Source of the DNA: Octopus sinensis
Taxonomy: Eukaryota
Length of the DNA: 64,000 bases
NCBI RefSeq assembly: GCF_006345805.1
Contig: NC_042997.1
Coordinates: forward strand, 25,110,001 to 25,174,000
Direction of reading: 5' to 3'
A program made the translations under genes and the position numbers. Shown here piece after piece: positions 12,488 through 25,523 of the stretch. The notes under the pieces were generated by a model that was not told the DNA's origin, made no database searches, and saw only the letters and a program-made list of their open reading frames with translations. Each line of letters begins with the position of its first letter. Position 1 is the first letter of the stretch.

Positions 12488-15330
12488 TATTATTATTAAT
12501 AATTCATGAAAACTCCCAGCTTATTTTGCTGGGTATGAGGGAAAGTGTCAGCTGTCCATAGCCAGCAGACTATTTACTAGCAATGCTTCAAGAATCCTAC
12601 GAAAAATTCCTGCAATTCCAAGAAATGCTTATTTTTGTAGGTGTTCTAACTTCATAATTACACCGATCTTTTTCATCCATGCTGGTGTCACGTCTACTCA
12701 CTTCCTTGACCACAACCTTCGTATATCCCACTTTAAATGATCATAATGTTTATTTTTTTCTTCTTTCACATTGATCCTGTTGTCACGGGGTCATGCTATG
12801 TCAATAATCCTACATGTTCTTTCGTTTTTATTCAATACAACAATGTCCACTTTCCTATTTCTAGTCAGGTGATCGCACTGGATCATTACATCCCCTAGGG
12901 TATTACAGTACAGTTCTCATTTTCGGTGACTCCCTCTGGGGCTTGTTCATACCACGTCTTTGCGCTTTGTAAACTGCGATTTCAACAGAACTCCCAATGG
13001 ATCGTTCTTACCACATTGTCATGGCGTCGTTTGTATTCGCGGTGGGACAATTGCGAGCATTCGCTAACGATGTACTATACCGTATCAGCCCTCTCACCAC
13101 ACATTCTGCATTTGTCGCTATCAGTAGTTTTGTCAATTATGCACTTCATATAATTGGTCTTTAACTCTTGATCCTGAGCTACGCATTTGAGTGCTCCTGT
13201 CTCTATCTTCAGGGCAGTCCTTCCTATCCGTAGCCACCGGTCTTCTGTATCTGCCTTGGCGTTGACATCTCTTGCAAACTGAATGTACATTGTTTTTTTC
13301 CTTCCATGCATTTTTTTGTTCATTTCCTTTTAAATTTTCTTTAGTTACACAAGTTTCAGTTTTGATGACGCCGGCCTGCTTTGTGTTTTCAAAAGTGGCT
13401 TTACGGCATTTTTTTATATACCACACTAGGTTGTTTTCCTTTACTTCGGCACAATCCTGGCAACTGACCAAACCTCTCTCACCCTTTCTTCTAGACAAGT
13501 ACAACCTCTCGGTGTCACCCTTATGGTGGAAGGCTCCGTGTGCTGTTGTGGTATCCATTTTCCTTTTTCTCTTTTGCTATTTTATAATTCCTGCTCCATA
13601 CCGAAGTGATGCTATCGCCCACGTATTAACTGCTTGGATTTTATTCCATCCAGTCAATTTTGAGTGCAGCATCAACCCCAGTCTCCGGAAATACTCCATC
13701 TTCAGTCGCTCTTTCATTTCCTTTTTCCATTATCTCCTTGCACTTTAGTACGCCGAGGTATTTGTACCCTTCTGTTTCAATTTGCATAATCATGTCTCTA
13801 TTCGGTAATTCTATCCCTGGTAGGGACTGTACCTTGCCTCTTTTTAGGTAGATTACTCCGCACTTCTTGAGTCCAACTTCCATTCTAATATCAGTACTAA
13901 AACAGTGGACCGTATTCACCAAGGAACTCACTTGTGACTCATATTTGCCATACAATTTCAAGTCATCCATGAAAAGGAGGTCGTTGATTGTTTGGGATTT
14001 TTCCTTTAGCAGGTACCCCAGGTTCATTTACCTGAGTACCAAGGTCAGGGGTATCATGCAGAGAATGAAAAGCAACAGATATAGGCTGTCACCCTGGAAA
14101 ATCCCTCTTCTGATACCCAGGGTGTCCAAGCATTTTCCGTAAGGTGTCAGTTCATTTTTCCATCTCATCATACTTCTCTTCAGGAAACATGCTACATTCC
14201 TCGCAATTCCAAACAGATCTAAGCACTCGATGATCCACGAATTTGGAATCAAATCATAAACTTTACGATAGACAATCCAGGCCATTCCCAGATTTGTTCT
14301 TCTTCGTTTATAATCTTGCATTACCATTTTGTCTATCAATAGTTGCTTTTTGGTACTTCTACAACTCATTCTACAGCCTTTTTGTTCCGGTGGTAATATA
14401 TCGTTCTCACCAAGAAATATATACAGTCCTTCTGCAATTCCTCCTGACAGTAACTTCCGCATTCAAGGGATGTAGGAAATTGGTCTGTAATTGTCAGCAA
14501 CATTTCCCTTGGGTACATCCTTCAGGCACAACACCGTTCGTTCTTTTACCAATCAGCCCGGGGTTTCATCTCCATTGATGAATGCATTAAATTGTTCTGC
14601 GATCAATTTTTGGCAACTACTGAACATTTTAAAACCCACATCCCTATACACCATCAGGTCCTGCTGCTTTCCAACTGCTTATCTTTTTACTCATATTTCT
14701 GATACCGTCTTCTGTGAAGTGGATAGCGTCTTGCTGGGGATAAGAACCTGTCTTACTTCAGGCTGCAGAGCCATTCAGCTGTAGTATGTTGTTCTTGTGT
14801 ACTCCATGTATTACCCCCAAAAAGTCGACCTCCATCAGCATCAGGGACTAATCTTGCACGATTTTTATTGTCAATAATCTCTTGGTAAAATATTTTTTGG
14901 TCGGTTCTAAACAATTTATTTTGCTGGTATTACTTAATCCGTTGTTCAAACCAAGTTAGCTTTGCGTTTCTTGCGTGTATGCGCTGCTTCAGTTCTTCAA
15001 TTACAGCATTCAGGTCTTTTGTATCTACACCATACTTCTTCCTAACTTTTTCATATTTCCATTCATTCTTAAGTTCTCCATTTCGTTTCCTGACAAGTAT
15101 TGACTCTACACTCTTCAAGGAGTTTATATCTTTATAAATTCTCCACCATGATCGTTTATTTCCTCTGTTCTATTTCCGTCTCTGTTCTATTCGCAGTAGT
15201 TCTCAATCCCATCCTTTCCGCCACAATCCTACTACCAGCCTTGATAAGATCATTTGTTTGTGTGATGTTCTTCGTTTCAATATGTCTCAGTACAATATTG
15301 ACTTCATTTGTCTCTTGCCACATCGATTAT
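12488..15330 (-). mobile_element. R4/Dong-clade non-LTR retrotransposon (RT, CCHC, REL region), degraded
   Basis: [65 protein letters not shown]. The 3' end runs into a short TAA repeat at about 12488. Confidence 0.88.
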
Positions 15331-15974
15331 TAGGCACTCTTGTTTGTCCCTCCTAAAGGTTACTATATCCATCCTTCGGTGCTCTAAAACCTTTGACCGG
15401 AAGTGAAAGTCCCAAAGAATTTTTGTCCTCTCCTTTTCGCTCATTACCTTTTCCGATGAATGTTGGTACCAAGCACCCATTACCTCGTATCTATACTTCC
15501 TACATTATAGCTAGTGATGGTTTGGGGCTATCTTGTCGTGTCTGCGCTCGTACTAATTCACTGCAAGACTTTCACAAGCACTAACAATGTGAGTCACGCT
15601 ATCGACCCTCTTCCCACACATTCTGCAGAGGTTCGCTGCACTTGTGTGGTATATATCCTTTTTCACTGAGTTGGTATTCAATGCTTGATACTTGGCTGCA
15701 ATGATTAAGCATTCAGTCTTATTTTTTAGGTCACCCTTGCTGAGCCACCTTCATGACGCTTCCTGGTCTTTTAAGCTGTTAGCTTCCCGGTAGAATTCCA
15801 TGCGGGTAGGGCTCCTTCTCTCTCGTTGGTTGTTCGTTATCGGAATTCGTGAGCACTCTCAAGTCAACTTTTGGTAAATCCTTCTGCATTAGCAGCACAC
15901 TGTAGCAAGTCCTGTTACCTCTTTACCAAATATTCTGCCATGTTACTTCTTTCACTGTTGATGCACTCCCGTAC
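15318..15974 (-). mobile_element. Second R4/Dong fragment (CCHC to REL), fused to the previous element
   Basis: LCRMCGKRVDSVTHIVSAC, RHDK, KILWDF and IIDVA motifs. It starts directly at the (TAA)n array. Confidence 0.78.

Positions 15975-16027
<53 letters not shown>
15975..16027. repeat. (ATT)n/(TAA)n microsatellite
   Basis: Directly visible, between two Dong-type pieces. Confidence 0.97.
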
Positions 16028-16029
<2 letters not shown>

Positions 16030-16165
16030 ATGTGCTTATTCTGCACTACAAAGCGCAGGTCTGTGTTCCTTGGGTATGTGCTGTGGTTAGTTTTGGTGTC
16101 GTAACATTAATTGTATTGAAAATGTTTCACGTGTGCGGTGCCTAGCAGAGCTATTTTCTGTGGAT
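16028..16165 (-). mobile_element. Short 3' end of a third R4/Dong element
   Basis: Encodes KIALLGTAH and is homologous to 52790-52925. Confidence 0.7.
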
Positions 16166-16226
16166 CATCATCATCATCATCATCATCACCACCACAACTA
16201 CCACCACCACCACCACCACCACCACC

Positions 16227-16292
<66 letters not shown>

Positions 16293-16340
16293 GTCATCAT
16301 CACCGTTGTCGTCGTCGTCATCGTCTTCATCATCATCATA
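16165..16340. repeat. (CAT)n/(CAC)n compound trinucleotide repeat
   Basis: Directly visible. Confidence 0.97.
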
Positions 16341-18263
16341 CCAATACTAAGAATAATTTTAATCGTATCTAAAATAATGAAAATGATGTAAGATTCATAT
16401 TTTGTCCTATGATGTTTTAAGCCGACCATACAATTTGAGTGAGAATTATATATTGATACCAGTAACATTCAAGGAAAATTGAAACTCATCGGGTTTGAAC
16501 TGGGGAACACAAAAGCTATGCACGTAATGGTGTACTACCAGTTATTCCTCAAATGTTCAGCTGTAACTGCTATCCATCGTCCTCTTTGAACTCTGCCATA
16601 ATGATAAGGATAGGTGATATATTTTAATATCATTTTCTTGTACATCTGCCATCATCGATTGTCATATATACTATATAAAAGAAGTAAAAAACTGAGATAA
16701 CGTTGGCAACAAACTTAAAGCAATATGATCTACAAATAAAAAATTGTATACGAAATCGTACTTACAATGGCTTAATATATATTTTTTGCTCTTTCTCTTG
16801 TCAATGATTATATATGTTTTTAAAATATCTTTATTCCAAAAATTACTCTTGGAATTATATATCCTGAGGTGCAATTAGTCTAACTGAATTTAAAGATCTT
16901 TGGGAGTTCTTCAGGATTTATATTCTGCCTTAGAGGTGTAAACATCAAGTCCTAGAATGTCTAATTTTGTAATAGGACTATTTTAAATAATATGGTTGGT
17001 GCACTTTCAAGAATGTGCGTTTATACAACTAGCTTTATTACAAGTTAATAGGAAAGTAGGAAACAAATAGAATTTGTGCAGGTGGTTTGTAATTTGTGAC
17101 AGGGTATGTTGTTCTGCAGTCAACAGAGCATTTTATCAGTAAAATCTCTGTCCTTAGTGAAATAATAATGTTGATGTTTAGTAAAATTCATCAGTGGAAT
17201 TAGTAGTTGTACAGCTGAATTGGTGAGTATTTCTTCAACTAGCAGAGCGAAATTGAATTCCTTTTTTTTTAATTCTTAATACTTTTGACTGCAGAGGAAA
17301 GGAACTACGATTTAGAATCATTATCAATCGCCCCCACCCCGCCCCGGTTGTTGCTGGGAAGGGAAGAAGTTATGTATAAACTGAAGACCTGCTTCTAATG
17401 TTTTCAACAATTTGGACTTCCGTAAAGATACACATACACCAGATACTGGAGTTAAATCACACAACTAGCTATGTATCTCAAATGAGAAGAGTATTTACCT
17501 TTCTGATGGACTTGAACACAATTTTTGTCTTTGAAATTTCAATCAGTATAATTTGGTCGACAGGTAGTTTGACTGAATTTAAAACCAAGTAGTTGTGAAG
17601 GGAAATTCTTAACAGAACATTAAAAAAAGAAAATGTAAAGAAAAATTTTACTACTGTCTATTTCAATGGAATAGAAAGTTTCTACCTGGATATTACTCCA
17701 TCAAAATGATTAATAAACCTAACGATATGGTTCTATAATCTTCAATCTAAAATAAATATGGATTATGAATGGGTAACTGATCACATGATAGAAATATAGC
17801 ATAAATATCTAACGTGAGTAATGTGTTTACGATACGTGTTTATAATGTTTAAACACCACTTCAGTCCAATCATTGAGCATAGTAGGACACACTATTGCAC
17901 CTGTGTCCTTCTATCAGTGTTTCTAAAAGTGTTGATATAAGAGATTCAGTGTTGATGTATTTTCATAACTAATTATGATAATGCAAGTTATATTCTTTTT
18001 TTAAAAAAACCCACGAGAATGTAAATTTATTACATGTTGTAGAACAAAAAGAATATTTTAAGTATGAATATCACATGATATATATTAAATGATATTCGCA
18101 AAAGCAATTCGTAAGAAGTTTGTACTAATTTTAATTTTACAAAATGTTGATTTAATTATAAAGAAGAATATAAATGCTCGCCTAAACAGTGAAACTTAAG
18201 ATGTTTCTATCTTCAGTAAAATAAGTACGCAGATGACAAAAACAGTTTGATTAAAACAACATA

Positions 18264-18359
<96 letters not shown>

Positions 18360-18708
18360 ATATATATAGTAATATCGTAGGTATTTTTTTATTCCTATAA
18401 TAAATAAACTCACTGTGAATGAAAAAAATCGGCGGCATCCGATGTACGCGAAATTTCCTATTGTGTTATATAATTAGAAGAGGTATTGAGAAAATATTAA
18501 CCCAAAAGTTCCTGAATGTAAACAAACGAAATTCTTTTTATACAGAATGAGAATATGAATGTGTGCAGTATTACTCGCGTTTTTTATCAATAGACAAAGG
18601 AAAAACATCATGTTGATATTTGAGAGTGTCACAGCATGGCCGAAGCCGAGTTGCTCAAAGTAGTGAAAGACTAAAGGAGCATATATAACAAACACGGGAA
18701 AACAACTG

Positions 18709-18795
18709 TACAGTAGAACCTCGCAGTACGAGTGCACCATTTTACGAGTAATATGTTGAACGAGCTGAGTCTCGTCTTGAAGTGCGAGCGGAATC
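18709..18795 (+). mobile_element. Tigger/pogo-like terminal fragment
   Basis: TA|CAGTAGAACCTCG start, typical of pogo/Tigger TIRs. The other end was not found. Confidence 0.4.
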
Positions 18796-18829
18796 ATTTC
18801 GATACCATAACTGTTTTACATAGTTGATC

Positions 18830-19990
18830 AGGCAAACCAAAAGGGATACCTGAATCAACTGTGAATACCCAAGCTTTCAGTCAGACTCAATATACAACAT
18901 AATATCCAACGTGTCCCTTATATTTTACAAGACCTGATACTTTTCGCAGGTCAAGGAACAACACAGAAGCTTTTTTGCTGGATGGTAATACAAGGTAACA
19001 CAGTTATGTTTTTGAACAAAGGATATAGAGAGTTTGAGCAAAACTAATGTAGCTGACATTATTAGACTGATAAGTTTCTAATTATGTAGAAGTTATCGAT
19101 ACGTATATTCAGGATATATTTCCACTAAAGCAGAAAATTATGCTAAAGTTAAACATAGAAATAATGGAATGGATGTTAGAGACGTTAAGGATCAATTATG
19201 GATAGATAAATTAATACTCCAGGATTGGAGAAAGTGATAGAAAGATCCAGTAATGGTTTGGATCGATTATAAAAAAATGTTTTTAAAACGATATCTAATA
19301 CATGGACAAACACTGTTTGGATAGCTTTAGGGCAAAAGAGAATACAAGGACGTTACTTGTAATGAGTAGAATTAAATGGAAAACAAAATTATGTTCCTTT
19401 GGTGAGTGAGGTAGGAATTATTAGAGTAACAATTGGATTATTTCAGGGTAACAGCTTCTACGCTTTTTCCCTTATGATATGCATGATGCCTTCAGTGTTG
19501 CTACTTAGAATGCTGCATTATTAAAAGCATGCAGCATGAAATCAATTACCTTTCCCTTAACGGATGACTTGAAGGTCTTCGAAAAAAAGTGAGGATCAAA
19601 AAGACTCGTTAGTGCATGCAGTATAAGGATCAAGTGAAATAATTAGGGTGTAATTTGGAGTTAAACAGTGCAGAGATTTAATACTGAAAAGAGGAATCTG
19701 ACTGGAAAGTAATACCATGCAATTGCCTCTTAAGGAATTCAATCATAAAACCTGTAGGTTCAAACGGTTATAAGTATTTAGGTATGGAAGAACTAGATTA
19801 ATATTAAGGAAGAAGGGCAATTTTGTGAAAGTAATATTCAGAGGGTTGACATTAGCTCTTGTATTCAAAGTCTAGTGAAAAATAAACCTACGAGTTCACC
19901 AAAATGAGCGGAATTTCACTTTTGATGGAGTATTGTGGAGTAATCCTAAACTGGATGAAAGAAAAAATACATTCGATCGGAAAATTGGTA
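18830..19990 (+). mobile_element. Heavily degraded R4/Dong RT fragment
   Basis: KDQLWIDKLILQD, VMVWIDYKK, IGLFQGNSF, LTDDLK and YKYLG remnants with many stops. Confidence 0.7.
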
Positions 19991-20163
19991 TTTCATGACC
20001 ATATAATGCATTACAATACAAAGAATGTGCATAGTCTCTACACTATCTATATTTATTAATTGTTGGGAAGATTGGATACAAGAATACACACTGCGAAATA
20101 TTGTATGGCATAGCACGGGAAACAATGTGGAACCACTGGAAACTAGGAATGAATACCTATCTA

Positions 20164-20236
<73 letters not shown>

Positions 20237-20251
20237 TTATATACACACCAC

Positions 20252-20290
<39 letters not shown>

Positions 20291-20305
20291 ATATATATAT
20301 ATATA

Positions 20306-20389
<84 letters not shown>

Positions 20390-20520
20390 CACCGTGATCA
20401 CCGTGATCACCGTGACTGACCAGGTTATCAGATGTTGCTACACATCGCTGGTTACAATGCGCTTCGCATTGTTTTAGTCTTCAAATGATGCCACCCCGCT
20501 GGCTAAGCGAGCTGGCCAAT
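20390..20520 (-). mobile_element. SINE 3' tail ending in (GGTGATCAC)n, embedded in (TA)n
   Basis: Homologous to 56150-56243 (TTAGCCAGCGGGG...GATGTGTAGCAACATCTGAT). Confidence 0.7.
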
Positions 20521-21134
20521 ATATATATATATATATACATATATATATAATAACACAAACGAAGGAAAAATCAATTCCTTTAAAGGGATATAAAATATCC
20601 AATTCACTGGTGCAGCAGTTGAATACCAGAGAGAAAAGGGGTACGAATACAAAATACAAATATTAAATGAAATAGAAAATTACAATTGACAAGCTAACGA
20701 TTTATTTTCATTGCAATATAATATAATATGCTATAAAAAATATAAAATAATATAACAGCAAATTAATAAAAACATATTAGTCTAACAATTTGTTTCGACT
20801 TATATACATTCGTTGATTTATAAAAAAGAATCCTGTCTATGTATACAAGTCTCTTCAGGGCTTTGGTTCAGAAGACTTTCCATGACGAAATTCCATGTAA
20901 AGGACTGCTAAATTACAAAAATATACTGATTCGAAATACCGATGCTTAGGAGAGTGAGCGTTAAAACTCAAATACATAAGTAGAATGAAAGAATAACGAA
21001 ATTCAAATGGATAAAATAATTAAGTCAAGAAAATTTACAACGCTCATAAAAAGTTTTTATATATCTCCAATAATATTAATCTAAATGTATTTAGATCGAA
21101 AATAATCACTAACCATATTAATAATATATGATAA

Positions 21135-21530
21135 TCTTTATATATAAAAGAGAGGTTGTGTGTCTGTCTCCTACGATTTAGATTCCTAACTACTCCCACA
21201 TTTTGCGGTGCAGTTTAACCAAAACCGGGTATCTTATAGTCGTGATTCATATCGAGCCCTTCTGGGTATTAGCGCGCGTCTACGATGAGTCTACGATTTA
21301 AAAAAAATTTACCATCATTTTTTTCCATTCTAATGCATTTTCCCGCTATTATATAAGGGAAGTAACACTCTAAAAATGTCTACGATGAGTCAACGATTTA
21401 AAAAAAAATTTACCATAATTTTTTTTCCATTTTTAATGCATTTTTTGCTATTTTTTGGCTATAACTCTCTAAAAATGCTTATATAGTTATTTCCCTTACA
21501 AACCCAAGCAACGCCGGGCGATACTGCCAG
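21135..21530 (+). mobile_element. Non-autonomous Helitron family H1
   Basis: A|TC 5' end, subterminal hairpin CCCAAGCAACGCCGGG and CCAG|T 3' end. Near-identical copies at 38501-38894 and 42011-42403. Confidence 0.85.
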
Positions 21531-22028
21531 TATATAAATAAATAAATTATCCGAGTTTTGCGTTGTTATGCAGTCGGAAATAAAATACGTTGATCTAGTA
21601 ATTTTATTCTATAAATATACGTTCAAATATGGATGGTTACTTAAAACAATATATACAAAATTATATATAATATAAAATAATGATAATATCTAATAACTAC
21701 TCACATTTATTTGTTATTACTGATATAAACAATATTCTAAGTAGCCAACAAGTAAAAAGTCCCAATTTACTTAGTTTATCAGAGGAAAAACTCGGTAAAT
21801 AAAATAAACAGAGTTACGATAATTATAGACTATATTACTTCTTAGATAAAGAGATAATAAACTGAAAAAAATTGTGTATCATATTTTTACTAAGCCTTTC
21901 AGAAGGAAAGAAATTAGAGTAAAGCAATAGTTAAATTATGCTATAAATTATATGTTTACTAGCTCGAACATACACCATATTAAATAGATTGAAACAAAAT
22001 AGGTGCCACAATGAATACAAATATGTAT

Positions 22029-22416
22029 ACTCTTTTACTCTTTTCAGTCATTTGACTGCGGCCATGCTGGAGCACCGCCTTTAATCGAGGAACTCGACCC
22101 CGGGACTTATTCTTTGTAAGCCCAGTACTTATTCTATCGGTCTCTTTTCGCCGAACCGCTAAGTAACGGGGACATAAACACACCAGCATCGGTTGTCAAG
22201 CAATGCTAGGGGACAAACACAGACACACACACGCATATATATATATATATACGACGGGCTTCTTTCAGTTTCCGTCTACCAAATCCACTCACAAGACTTT
22301 GGTCAGCCCGAGGCTATAGTAGAAGACACTTGCCCAAGGTGCCACGCAGTGGGACTGAACCCGGAACCATGTGGTTGATAGACAAGCTACTTACCACACA
22401 GCCACTCCTGCGCCTA
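22029..22416 (-). mobile_element. SINE family B, full length
   Basis: Same head, core and tail as 10524-10938. Confidence 0.9.
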
Positions 22417-22504
22417 CAAATATGTATGGTTATTTAAAAAGATATAATTATAGTAATTGTTCTATCTATATATTCGTATTTATATAAACATCATTCCTAT
22501 TACA

Positions 22505-22588
22505 AAATACTAAATTACTTAGTTTATCAGAGGAAAAATATCTCTGTAAATCAAAGCTGATATAATATATATATATAATATATATATA

Positions 22589-22650
<62 letters not shown>

Positions 22651-22691
22651 GGAGATATTTTTCCTCTGATAAACTAAGTAATTTAGTATTT
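22505..22691. repeat. 44-bp inverted repeat flanking a (TA)n array
   Basis: 22505-22548 is the reverse complement of 22648-22691 with one mismatch. Confidence 0.9.
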
Positions 22692-23259
22692 ATATATTTA
22701 AATAAATTAATTACCTATAAGAAAATAGCCAGAAATACGTACTTGCAATATAGAAGTTTTTGATTATGGCATTATCCAAAATTATTCATGCCTTATTATT
22801 ATTGTCATTAATTAATAATTCAGTTTATATATTTATAAATGTATAATCGTTCATTATACTGAAGATAGCGGACTTAAAATATATATTAAAAATTTAACTA
22901 CTAATATGATTTATTTTACATCCAATACAAATATTTTCATTGGTACTTAATACCAAATATCATAAATTTATTCACTAAAATTTTTTAGATGTCGAAATTA
23001 ATATACTATTTAAAATAACACACCTTTAGTCACAATATAAGAAATTTACAAACAATTCAATATAAAACCAAAAAAACATTTTGTCTCAAGTAATAAATTC
23101 CGTTATAATAAAAAACTTATAAATCGTTCAGTATAATAATACAGAAATACTTGGCCTCAATGAAATTATATTCAGTAGTGATATCTCATTATATATTTAG
23201 GGAGATTTATTAGTACATTCTTTACCATTATGTAATAAACATATGTACAATTTAAATAC

Positions 23260-23627
23260 ACCACATGGTTCCGGGTTCAGACCCACTGCGTGGCACCTTG
23301 GGCAAGTGTCTTGTAGTATAGCCTCGGGCCGACCAAAGCCTTGTGTGTGGATTTGGTAGACGGAAACTCAAAGAAGCCCGTCGTATATATGTATATATAT
23401 GTATGTATGTGTGTATATGTTTGTGTGTCTTGTTTGTCCCCCAAACATCGGTTGACAACCGACGCTGGTGTGTTTACGTCCCCGTAACTTAGCGGTTCGG
23501 CAAAAGAGACCGATAGAATAAGTACTAGGCTTACAAAGAATAAGTCCTGGAGGCGATTTGCTCGACTAAAGGTGGTGCTCCATCATGACCACAGTCAAAT
23601 GACTGAAACAAGTAAAAGAGTAAAAGA
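23260..23627 (+). mobile_element. SINE family B, 5'-truncated
   Basis: Family B body and (AGTAAAAG) tail. Confidence 0.88.
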
Positions 23628-23689
23628 AAACAATGCACAGAAGGAATTGATTACAGAAAAAAGCTTCGAATACATAACATTCTCCTAGA

Positions 23690-23985
23690 TGCTGGTGACA
23701 TGCACATAAACAAAGCATGCCCGATACTAAGTCAGTATATTAGCCACGCCATGTCAAAATGGAAAACATCAATAATGCTCCAAGAGAAAGAGAATACAAT
23801 AAAACCCATTCTATTTGTACAAGATAATGAATCTTTCAAAAACCTTTCCTTTCCCCCATTATATTTCTGTCTAGCCCTGATTCTCTTAATAAATTTGCTG
23901 AATCAAACCATAGTGATTACACATGTGATGGACGAACTTTAAACAATCTCCTTTATGTGAATGATTTAAAACTGTATACACAAAA
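23690..23985 (+). mobile_element. R4/Dong RT fragment
   Basis: MSKWKT...PLYFCLALI...RTLNNLLYVNDLKLY. Confidence 0.6.
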
Positions 23986-24149
23986 CGCTGGCTGCGAATT
24001 TATCAGCCATACCCAAATAAGGAAATGAACAAGGTCGTTTCAAGTCGACATAGATTAATTAAAATTCAGCTTATTAAGTTCGACTTAGCTACAGAAATCA
24101 AACTGAGCCGGATTTATATATTGGTTTCGAATTTTAGCATAAGCTCAGC

Positions 24150-24335
24150 AATTTTGAAGGAGGGGCAGGTCGATTAAATCAACCCCAATGTTTAACTGGT
24201 GCTTATTTCATCGACCCCGAAAGGATGAAAGGCAATGTCTACCTCGACGGATTTTGAACTCGGAACGTACAGAGGGACGAAATGCCGCTAGGCATTCTCT
24301 CCGGTGTGCTAACGATTCTGCTAGCTCGCTGCTTT
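24150..24335 (-). mobile_element. SINE family A, diverged
   Basis: Core CGACCCCGAAAGGATGAAAGGC on the + strand, with the head remnant. Confidence 0.75.
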
Positions 24336-24487
24336 GAGATGAACATAATAAGTGAACTCTCTCTTACAGGAATAATGTTATGGTTCTAGCCCAGAAAAAT
24401 TAGTTAAGCTACAACTTTACTCTTAACTATGCTCGTCATACACAGCCGTTTTAAAGCGGAAATACACATTACATAAAGTAGTCGTAG

Positions 24488-24607
24488 ATATCTCTTACAA
24501 TATTGGAAGCCTGGAATATTTCAAATTCTAATCATACGTTTTTCTTGACGAAGAGAGAACAACTAATTGAAATTGATGTAGAAAACCTACAGTTATCGGA
24601 TTCAGGA
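24488..24607 (+). CDS. Candidate 120-nt exon ISLTILEAWNISNSNHTFFLTKREQLIEIDVENLQLSDSG
   Basis: AG immediately before a 40-codon open frame and GGA|GTAAGT donor. The acceptor is pyrimidine-poor. Unidentified. Confidence 0.25.
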
Positions 24608-24870
24608 GTAAGTTAACAGTAAGCGATTGCAATCAACTGATGGTGTTTCTCATTGAAGAAAGCTAATGCAGTAGAAAATATTTGTTTTTCTATAGATAAA
24701 TAAAAAGAACTGAATATATACATTTCTGAGATCTACTTGCCAGGCAAGTAATTTGCCAACACTCTATGTTGAAAATAAAGTGATTGCAGCGTGGGAAACA
24801 TGTTAGTCACTCGAAAACGCACAAAAATTGTTCACTTCACATAAACATTTATTGTTATATATATGTATAC

Positions 24871-24971
<101 letters not shown>

Positions 24972-24984
24972 ATATATATATATA

Positions 24985-25338
24985 TAATTCGAGACAAAAC
25001 CACTATTTTAAAACCAAACAAGGAAAGACTTAATCAATACATAAATTTTAATATAAATTAAATAAACCGCCACTACAAATGTTTCATGTCAAAATTTGAT
25101 ACTAATTAGAAGATCGAAAATCCACCTGAAGATTGTCGGTAGCAGACATGAAACATTTGTAGTGGCGGTTTATTTAATTTATATTAAAATTTTATGTATT
25201 GATTAAGTCTTTCCTTGTTTGGTTTTAAAATAGTGGTTTTGTCTCGAATTATATTATATAATATTTTACTATAAAATTGGATTTAACCCTAAATCTGATT
25301 TTTCCCTGTAATTTTGGATTCATTCCCTAATATTTATT

Positions 25339-25345
<7 letters not shown>
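24985..25345 (+). mobile_element. Fold-back (long inverted repeat) element with a hammerhead motif, probably PLE-derived
   Basis: Arms 24985-25090 and 25145-25251 (one indel), a 54-nt spacer and a unique tail shared with 43525-43612. Flanked by (TA)n. Confidence 0.85.
25122..25165 (+). ncRNA. Minimal type-I hammerhead ribozyme motif
   Basis: CCAC-CUGAAGA-U-UGUC-GGUAGCA-GACA-U-GAA-ACA-UU-UGU-A-GUGG. Intact core, GUA cleavage triplet, stem I CCAC/GUGG. Confidence 0.7.
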
Positions 25346-25397
<52 letters not shown>

Positions 25398-25399
25398 TA

Positions 25400-25523
25400 T
25401 ATTGTTATATTTCGGAATGGTCATATTGCCAGTTTAGCCAATAAAAACACACGCACTATATATATAGTGCGTGTGTTTTTATTGGCTAAACTGGCAATAT
25501 GACCATTCCGAAATATAACAATA
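25400..25523. repeat. Perfect 124-bp palindrome centred on (TA)5
   Basis: ...GCCAATAAAAACACACGCAC TATATATATA GTGCGTGTGTTTTTATTGGC... pairs throughout with no spacer. Confidence 0.95.

Noticed and set aside
16868-16930. EF-hand-like peptide GAISLTEFKDLWEFFR
   Set aside because: It is bounded by stops, has a weak acceptor and no donor, so it is likely chance.
17182-17400. Exon-like signals (TTG|GTGAGT, ctgcAG)
   Set aside because: The joined frames stop within a few codons.
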